From: Spirochaetia bacterium
Lineage (GTDB): Bacteria; Spirochaetota; Spirochaetia; CADAEX01
Length of the DNA stretch: 64,000 nucleotides
NCBI GenBank assembly: GCA_963662795.1
Contig: OY759746.1
Coordinates: 3,136,001 to 3,200,000 of the forward strand
Reading direction: 5' to 3'
Position numbers and translations under genes: made by a program. Under the pieces are notes generated by a model that saw only the letters and a program-made list of their open reading frames with translations, ran no database searches and was not told where the DNA came from. Positions 57,698 to 64,000 of the stretch are shown here, in pieces. The first letter of the stretch is position 1, and the number at the start of each line of letters is the position of its first letter.

Positions 57698-60600
57698 TTA
57701 TTCTCTCCAGACTGATTTAACAAATGAATGCTGCTGCGCATTTTTTATAAAAACCTCGTCTGATACTGTACTTAACTGCGGAGCTGCCCTGATTATTATT
57801 TCCTTACCCGGTTTATCCGGAATATGGAAAAATACCTGGCAGCTGCCGTTGTTTTCAAGAAGAAATGATTTGAACGAATCAAGCTCATCTTCGGATATAT
57901 TATCTGAAAACGCAAAATGAACTTCCCTGAATGACGCTTCTGTAAGATTATCAGTTTCAACAACTTTTTCACATATCAGCTTGGGTTCAAAACTGTTTTT
58001 ATCTGTTTTTACAATAAAACCAAGCACTTTCTCCTCGGAGATAAGGTATCTGAAATTGCTCCAGACTGACGGGAACATGACTATGTCTATCTCCCTTTCA
58101 TAGGTTTCAATTGTAACTGATGCCATCTGCAGCATTGATTTTGTTGTAAACTGTCTTACTTTTTTAATAATTCCTATAACCGTATATTTTTTTTCTGCGG
58201 AACTCCTGTCAAATTCATCCAACCTCAGTGTAACACATTTATCATATACGGATTTATAATTTTTAAGCGGATGACCGGAAAAGTAGAACCCGAGATTTTC
58301 CTTTTCAAAAGTAAGCAGTTCTTTTTCAGGCCATTCGTTAACCATCTCAAGCTCTACCGGAGGAAGATCGTTATTGTCTGATGCGTCAAATAGTGATGAC
58401 TGCCCGTACTTTCTGTTTTCCTGCTCCCTGGCTGCCGAATCAACAAGTCTGTCAAGGTTGCTGAAAAGAATTGCCCTTCCGCTTTCAATACTGTCAAACA
58501 GTCCTGATTTTATCAGGGTCTCAAGCACTTTTTTATTTATTACCCTTAAATCGCTTCTGTTAAGGAAATCAGCAAAACTGCTGTATGTGCCGTTTTCTGT
58601 CCTTTCCCGGATTATTTCATCAACAGCGGCAGTACCGACATTTTTTATTCCAATCAGTCCGTAAACAATTTTTCCGTCTGCTACAGTAAAACTTCTTTCA
58701 GACAGATTTATATCCGGAGGGAGTATTTCAAGCCCCATATGGCGTGATTCAGTAATATATTCGCCAAGCTTTACCGGATCGTTTATTTCATTTGTAAGGT
58801 TCGCGGACATGAACTCGGCCGGATAGTTTGCCTTGAGATATGCTGTCTGATAAGCTAAGACAGAATATGCCGCGGCATGGGATTTGTTGAATCCGTATCC
58901 CGCGAAAGGCCTGAGCATCTCAAATATCTCATCAGCCTGTTTTTCGCTGTGTCCGTTTTTTTTGGCCCCTTCGATAAACTCGACTTTCATTTTCGCCATT
59001 TTACCGACATCTTTTTTCCCCATGGCGCGGCGGAGGATATCTGCTTTTCCAAGGGAAAACCCCGCCATAATCTGGGCTACTTTCATTACCTGTTCCTGGT
59101 AGACAATAACACCGTATGTCGGCTTTAAAACTTCTTTAAGGGAAGGGTCCGGGTATTTGATGGGCGTCCTGCCGTTTTTGGAATTTATAAACTGCGGAAT
59201 ATTCTGCATCGGCCCGGGGCGGTAAAGGGCATTTAATGCGATAAGATCTTCAATGCTTTCAGGTTTTGTGTCTTTAAGAATTTTCTGCATACCGGGACTT
59301 TCAAACTGGAATATGCATGCGCTTTTTCCCTCTCCCAGCATCTGGAAGGTTTTTTCATCATAATCGGGAATATTTATTATCTGAAAATCCCGGGATTTTT
59401 TTCTAATAAGGTTTTCCGTATTTTTTATCAGTGTGAGGGTTTTAAGACCCAGAAAATCCATTTTCACCAGACCGCACTCTTCAAGCTGATCCATTGTAAA
59501 CTGTGTAGATACCGCGTTTGTTTTGGCATCTTTATAGAGCGGGACATAGTTTGTAAGCTCTTCCCTGCCGATAACGAGCCCTGCGGCATGAAGGGAGGCG
59601 TGTCTGTTTAAGCCTTCAAGATTTCTTGAGATTGAGATCAGCTTCGAATAAACGCCGCCCCGGTCTGTGAGTTTTCTGAGTTCTTCCTCTTTCTCTATTG
59701 CCTCATCCAGTTTTTTGGCGTCTCTGGGAACAAGTTTTGAAATCCTGTTTGACTCGTCAAACGGTATATCAAGGACACGTGCGACATCTTTTAATACCGC
59801 CTTTGTCTTGAGCGAACCGAACGTGATGATCTGGCACACCCTGTCTGTTCCGTATTTTGCTGTTACATAATCAATTACTTCCTGTCTTCTTTCGAAGCAG
59901 AAGTCTATATCAAAGTCAGGCATTGATATCCTTTCAGGATTTAAAAATCTTTCAAAAAGCAGCCCGTATTTGAACGGATCAATATCAGTGACAAGAAGAG
60001 AGTACGCGACAACGGAACCCGCGCCTGACCCCCTGCCTGGACCGACAGGTATGTCCTTTTCACGCGCATACCGGATAAAGTCCCACACAATAAGAAAATA
60101 GCCGGTAAATCCCATGGATATTATTACATCCAGCTCAAAATCAACACGCTTTTTTATTTCATCTGTTATTACGGTATATCTGTTTGACAGGCCTGAGTAA
60201 GTAAGATGGCGCAAATATTCATCCGGAGAGGTGAATTCCGGCGGTATTTTGAATTCAGGAAGCAGGGGCCCGGGAAGTTCAATTTTAAGATTGCACATAT
60301 CAGCTATAATTCTTGTATTTTTTACAGCCTGGGGGACAGATTTGAATATTTCCTTCATTTCGGAATCCGACTTCATGTAAAATTCCTGTTTTTCAAAGGA
60401 CATCCTGTTTTCATCGGAGAGTTTTTTCTGTGTCCCTATACAGATCAGGATTTCCTGGGAATCCGCGTCTTCTTTTCTTACATAGTGGATATCATTTGTC
60501 GCAACAAGGGGGATTCCTGTCTTTTCGGAAATCCGTATCAGAGCAGCATTGGCCCTTTTCTGGTCCGGTATTCCGTGATCCTGAAGTTCGAGATAATAGT

Positions 60601-61111
60601 TCCCCCGTCCGAAAACAGTGTCATATTCAAGAGCTTTTTCCTCAGCTTCTTTTTCCCGTCCCTGAAGGATCAGCGAAGGGATCAGCCCTGCAATGCATGC
60701 ACTGGTGCATATCAGTCCCCGTGAATGCTCTTTGAGGGTATCAAAATCAATTCTTGGTTTATAGTAAAATCCTTCGGTATAAGCCACTGAAGTAAGCTTC
60801 ATGAGATTTCTGTAGCCTGTTATATCTTTGGCCAGAAGGATCAGATGGTAATAATTATTGCCGCTTTCATGCCCGCTTTTTATTTTCATTGATGCAGGAG
60901 CAATATAAAATTCGTTTCCGATAATCGGTTTTATCTCTTTTTTAATGCATTCCTTGTAGAATTTGAGTACCCCGAACATGTTTCCGTGGTCTGTAATTGC
61001 AAGGGAATCCATTCCAAGTTCTTTGGCCCTGTCGACAAGCCGTGTAATGCTTGCAGCGCCGTCAAGCAGTGAAAAATCTGTATGGTTATGAAGATGTATA
61101 AATTCTGACAT
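57698..61111 (-). CDS. dnaE: DNA polymerase III alpha subunit
   Basis: PHP domain HLHNH, GPGRGSGAGS, PDFDID, YGFNKSH. Confidence 0.99.
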   Translation of the reverse strand: MSEFIHLHNHTDFSLLDGAASITRLVDRAKELGMDSLAITDHGNMFGVLKFYKECIKKEIKPIIGNEFYIAPASMKIKSGHESGNNYYHLILLAKDITGYRNLMKLTSVAYTEGFYYKPRIDFDTLKEHSRGLICTSACIAGLIPSLILQGREKEAEEKALEYDTVFGRGNYYLELQDHGIPDQKRANAALIRISEKTGIPLVATNDIHYVRKEDADSQEILICIGTQKKLSDENRMSFEKQEFYMKSDSEMKEIFKSVPQAVKNTRIIADMCNLKIELPGPLLPEFKIPPEFTSPDEYLRHLTYSGLSNRYTVITDEIKKRVDFELDVIISMGFTGYFLIVWDFIRYAREKDIPVGPGRGSGAGSVVAYSLLVTDIDPFKYGLLFERFLNPERISMPDFDIDFCFERRQEVIDYVTAKYGTDRVCQIITFGSLKTKAVLKDVARVLDIPFDESNRISKLVPRDAKKLDEAIEKEEELRKLTDRGGVYSKLISISRNLEGLNRHASLHAAGLVIGREELTNYVPLYKDAKTNAVSTQFTMDQLEECGLVKMDFLGLKTLTLIKNTENLIRKKSRDFQIINIPDYDEKTFQMLGEGKSACIFQFESPGMQKILKDTKPESIEDLIALNALYRPGPMQNIPQFINSKNGRTPIKYPDPSLKEVLKPTYGVIVYQEQVMKVAQIMAGFSLGKADILRRAMGKKDVGKMAKMKVEFIEGAKKNGHSEKQADEIFEMLRPFAGYGFNKSHAAAYSVLAYQTAYLKANYPAEFMSANLTNEINDPVKLGEYITESRHMGLEILPPDINLSERSFTVADGKIVYGLIGIKNVGTAAVDEIIRERTENGTYSSFADFLNRSDLRVINKKVLETLIKSGLFDSIESGRAILFSNLDRLVDSAAREQENRKYGQSSLFDASDNNDLPPVELEMVNEWPEKELLTFEKENLGFYFSGHPLKNYKSVYDKCVTLRLDEFDRSSAEKKYTVIGIIKKVRQFTTKSMLQMASVTIETYEREIDIVMFPSVWSNFRYLISEEKVLGFIVKTDKNSFEPKLICEKVVETDNLTEASFREVHFAFSDNISEDELDSFKSFLLENNGSCQVFFHIPDKPGKEIIIRAAPQLSTVSDEVFIKNAQQHSFVKSVWRE

Positions 61112-61252
61112 AGTTTATGTTTTTATTAATGGTAATATAGCTTATTTGATCTTATGTTGTAAACCCAAACTTTATCCGGCACGGCGCATTAAAATCACGG
61201 ACGCACCTTGTGAAAAGGGGAAAGCGCTGATATTATTTTCAAAGGGGTATTT

Positions 61253-61603
61253 ATGTATCAGCTGATTGGAAGGAAAAGCTGCAGTGAAACGAGAAAAACT
61301 GAAAGATTCCTGAAGGAAAGAAACATGGATTTTCAGTTTGTTGATCTTGATAAAAGGGAATTATCACCCGGTGAGTTGAAAAATATTTTCAATTCTGTCC
61401 CCCCTGATTCGCTTATTGATGAAAAATCAAGGCAATATAGCAAAAGGGGCCTTGAGTTTATGGATTATGATCCTGCTCAGGAAATACTTGAGGACCAGAA
61501 ACTTATAATTACTCCGATTTTACGGATAAAAAACAGGGTTTTAACACGGGCAGCGGGCGCTGCTCTTGATGAGGGTGCCTTAAAAAATTTTTTACAATCT
61601 TAA
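61253..61603 (+). CDS. ArsC/Spx-like thioredoxin-fold protein
   Basis: SCSETRKTERFLKER, LIITPILR. Confidence 0.8.
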   Translation: MYQLIGRKSCSETRKTERFLKERNMDFQFVDLDKRELSPGELKNIFNSVPPDSLIDEKSRQYSKRGLEFMDYDPAQEILEDQKLIITPILRIKNRVLTRAAGAALDEGALKNFLQS

Positions 61604-61636
61604 TGAGCAGTCCAGACTATCAAACAGGAATTTAAC

Positions 61637-62914
61637 ATGAACCAGAACATGAACAGCAGCAATCTGTATATTGATTCGGAAATCGGCGAACTGGAGGAGG
61701 TGATTATTCACACTCCGGGACAGGAAATTGAGGTAATAACTCCCCTTACAGCGGAAAAACTTCTTTATAACGATATTATACCCTTAAGCGTGGTGAGAAA
61801 ACAGTACACAATTTTAAGGGATTTTCTCTCTCTTGTGGCAAAAACTGTTGAGGTTAAGGATGTGCTTCTAAAGGTACTGGAAGAAAAAGAGACAAGAGCC
61901 AGCCTGCTTGAACAGCTTACCGGGACAGAAAGACTCAAAAACCGCAGGGATGAGCTTGCCTCCATGAGCGCTTCCTCTCTCTGCAGCACCCTTATTTCCG
62001 GGCTTAAAAGCAAAAAAAATACATTAAACAGTTTCCTGTCTGATGAGGAGTTTGATTACTTCCCCCTGCCCAACCTTTATTTTACACGGGATTCTGTAAT
62101 GGTTTTCCGTGACCATTTTATCACGGGAAGCATGGCTAACAGCGTAAGGGAACCTGAAGCGTTTCTGATGCAGAAGATAATTGAAAAGTATTACGGTGTA
62201 ACTCCCGAGAGACAGATTTTCGACGGCGCACTGAATAAAGACGGGGGAATAACAATAGAGGGGGGGGACTTTCTTGTATTCAGCAGTGATATCCTGATAA
62301 TCGGATTATCGGAAAGGACAACGCCCAAGGCTGTCGACACGATTATAGAAAGGCTCATCGCTCTTTTCAGAACTTCATTCACCGTATACTGCGTAATTCT
62401 TCCAAAAAAGAGAGAAACAATACACCTTGATATGGTCTTTAACATAATAAACAAAAATGAAGTTCTTATATACGAACCTTATATCACAGGTGAATCACAG
62501 CTTAAATTCGTGAGGATTGATGTTGATGAATCAGGCGGGAAGAATATTAAGTATATTAGAAGCCTTATAAAGGATTTCAGGGAATCAGGTTATCCTCTCG
62601 AACCTGTATACTGCGGAGGAGACGACAACCGCTTAAGGCAGAGGGAACAGTGGCTTTCCGGGAACAACTTTTTTGCTTTTAAACCGGGGAAAATTATAGG
62701 TTATGACTGTAACGAAGCTACACTTAAAGCCCTTGAGAAATCGGGATATTCAGTCTGCCAGGCTGAAAGGTTTATTGACGGAAGCATGAAAATTTCTGAT
62801 TATGAAAAACTTGCCGTAACTATACCGGGAACCGATCTTGCCCGCGGGGGCGGCGGGGTCAGATGCATGACACTTCCGGTACGGAGAAAACACTATGATA
62901 TGGGGAATAACTGA
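61637..62914 (+). CDS. arcA: Arginine deiminase
   Basis: SEIGEL, PNLYFTRD, IEGGD, HLD, EQW, GGGVRCMT. Confidence 0.9.
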   Translation: MNQNMNSSNLYIDSEIGELEEVIIHTPGQEIEVITPLTAEKLLYNDIIPLSVVRKQYTILRDFLSLVAKTVEVKDVLLKVLEEKETRASLLEQLTGTERLKNRRDELASMSASSLCSTLISGLKSKKNTLNSFLSDEEFDYFPLPNLYFTRDSVMVFRDHFITGSMANSVREPEAFLMQKIIEKYYGVTPERQIFDGALNKDGGITIEGGDFLVFSSDILIIGLSERTTPKAVDTIIERLIALFRTSFTVYCVILPKKRETIHLDMVFNIINKNEVLIYEPYITGESQLKFVRIDVDESGGKNIKYIRSLIKDFRESGYPLEPVYCGGDDNRLRQREQWLSGNNFFAFKPGKIIGYDCNEATLKALEKSGYSVCQAERFIDGSMKISDYEKLAVTIPGTDLARGGGGVRCMTLPVRRKHYDMGNN

Positions 62915-62919
62915 TATTT

Positions 62920-63687
62920 ATGAAATACGCCATACTTGGAAGCGGTTCAAGCGCCAATTCCTATATCTTCGAGGATACTGATTATTCTTTTATTGTTGAT
63001 AACGGTTTCACATTAAAGGAATTTACAAGAAGGGCTGATGAACTCGGCTTTGATATCGGGAAAATAAGATTTATTTTTCTGACACACAGGCATATAGATC
63101 ATTCGCGCGGGATAGGCGCGCTGTCAAAAAAACTTAAAATACCTGTTGTTATGGGAAGGGACGTACCCTTTGACAAAACAGAGGCTCACCGTATCTATAA
63201 AAGGCTTGATGTGGAACCCGGAAGGGCATACAGCTTTGAAAAACTGGAGTTTTCTGTCTTTTCAATATCGCATGATTCAATCGGATCAGTCAGCTACAGT
63301 TTTAAGATAGACAATAAAATATTTACAATAATCACTGATACCGGCAGAATCCTTGATGATATGGAAATCCACGCAATGAATTCGGATGTCCTTTTCCTTG
63401 AGTCAAATTACTGTCCTCAAATGCTTGCCGACGGCCCTTATCCTTTATATCTTAAACAGAGGATTGAATCAAACGAGGGGCATCTTTCAAACAATGATGC
63501 TGTACTTTTTCTTTCGAGGATACACAGCGCACAGCCTCTTAAAAACAGGATGACATATCTTTGCCACCTGTCAGACACCAATAACAGCTGTGAAAAAGTT
63601 GAAAGCATTATTAAAGAAAGCATGCCGGAGAGTTTCCGCTACCGCGTTTGCGGTAAAGGAGAAGTTGTCTCCGGGATTAATTTCTGA
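62920..63687 (+). CDS. MBL-fold metallo-hydrolase (YycJ/WalJ-like)
   Basis: LGSGSSAN, THRHIDH, SHD, TDTG, LESNY, GHLSN, HLS. Confidence 0.88.
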   Translation: MKYAILGSGSSANSYIFEDTDYSFIVDNGFTLKEFTRRADELGFDIGKIRFIFLTHRHIDHSRGIGALSKKLKIPVVMGRDVPFDKTEAHRIYKRLDVEPGRAYSFEKLEFSVFSISHDSIGSVSYSFKIDNKIFTIITDTGRILDDMEIHAMNSDVLFLESNYCPQMLADGPYPLYLKQRIESNEGHLSNNDAVLFLSRIHSAQPLKNRMTYLCHLSDTNNSCEKVESIIKESMPESFRYRVCGKGEVVSGINF

Positions 63688-63711
63688 TAGCAATTATGGA
63701 GGAATGATAAA

Positions 63712-64000
63712 ATGGGAAAAAAAGTTCTTTGTATTTTAGCTGAAGGATTTGAAGAGATTGAAGCTGTTACTCCTGTGGATCTTTTAAGACGGGCAGGCAT
63801 AGAAGTTGTTGTCGCGGGACTTTCAGGTATTGATATTACAGGTTCCCATGGGATAACAGTACTTGCAGACTGTGAACTTGATGAGGCGGATGATGATTTT
63901 GACGGGGTAATTATTCCCGGCGGCATTCCCGGCGCTCCAAATATTGCGGGCAACGCACAGGCGATGGGATTTATCACCAAAATGTATGATAACGGGAAAC
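63712..64000 (+). CDS. DJ-1/PfpI (YajL/ThiJ) family protein, 3' truncated by the window edge
   Basis: GGAGG RBS; MGKKVLCILAEGFEEIEAVTPVDLLRRAG...IIPGG. Confidence 0.9.
   Translation, partial: MGKKVLCILAEGFEEIEAVTPVDLLRRAGIEVVVAGLSGIDITGSHGITVLADCELDEADDDFDGVIIPGGIPGAPNIAGNAQAMGFITKMYDNGK

Noticed and set aside
57698-61111. Intein or split in dnaE
   Set aside because: Normal length and continuous motifs
63639-63980. 113-aa minus-strand ORF
   Set aside because: Shadow of the plus-strand DJ-1/PfpI gene starting at 63712

Overview
Bacterial chromosomal window, most likely from a spirochaete (inferred from the LIC_12708-like lipoprotein next to secA, spirochaete-style solute-binding-protein signal peptides and a Treponema-type integrase). 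Housekeeping blocks (rsmD, nnr, secA, PBP/FtsI, maf; recG, yggT, dnaE, arcA) flank several accessory regions. (1) About 13.76-21.8 kb is an AT-rich, decayed defence island: a frameshifted tyrosine integrase, an HTH-ImmA + DUF4411 PIN pair, a HigB + HigA-ImmA pair, an Abi-like gene split by IS30, and an unannotated 43-aa peptide gene with a probable cis-antisense sRNA. (2) About 22-31 kb holds a HAD + Fe3+-type ABC transporter, an OsmC/DUF3795/Cys-rich ECF/rhodanese cluster and an NYN protein. (3) About 31-48 kb holds a xylose catabolism, sensing and uptake cluster and a second Fe3+-type ABC transporter. (4) About 49.4-55.1 kb is an island bracketed by a duplicated recG 3' end. It carries a TetR-headed operon with a canonical ATP acetate kinase, a catalytically eroded FolE2-like protein, an acetate kinase with the signature motifs of the Entamoeba pyrophosphate-dependent enzyme, and an acetate-kinase pseudoenzyme. 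That operon and the peptide/antisense locus are the best candidates for undescribed systems. No rRNA, tRNA or CRISPR array was seen. All family calls are from motif recognition by eye, without database searches.
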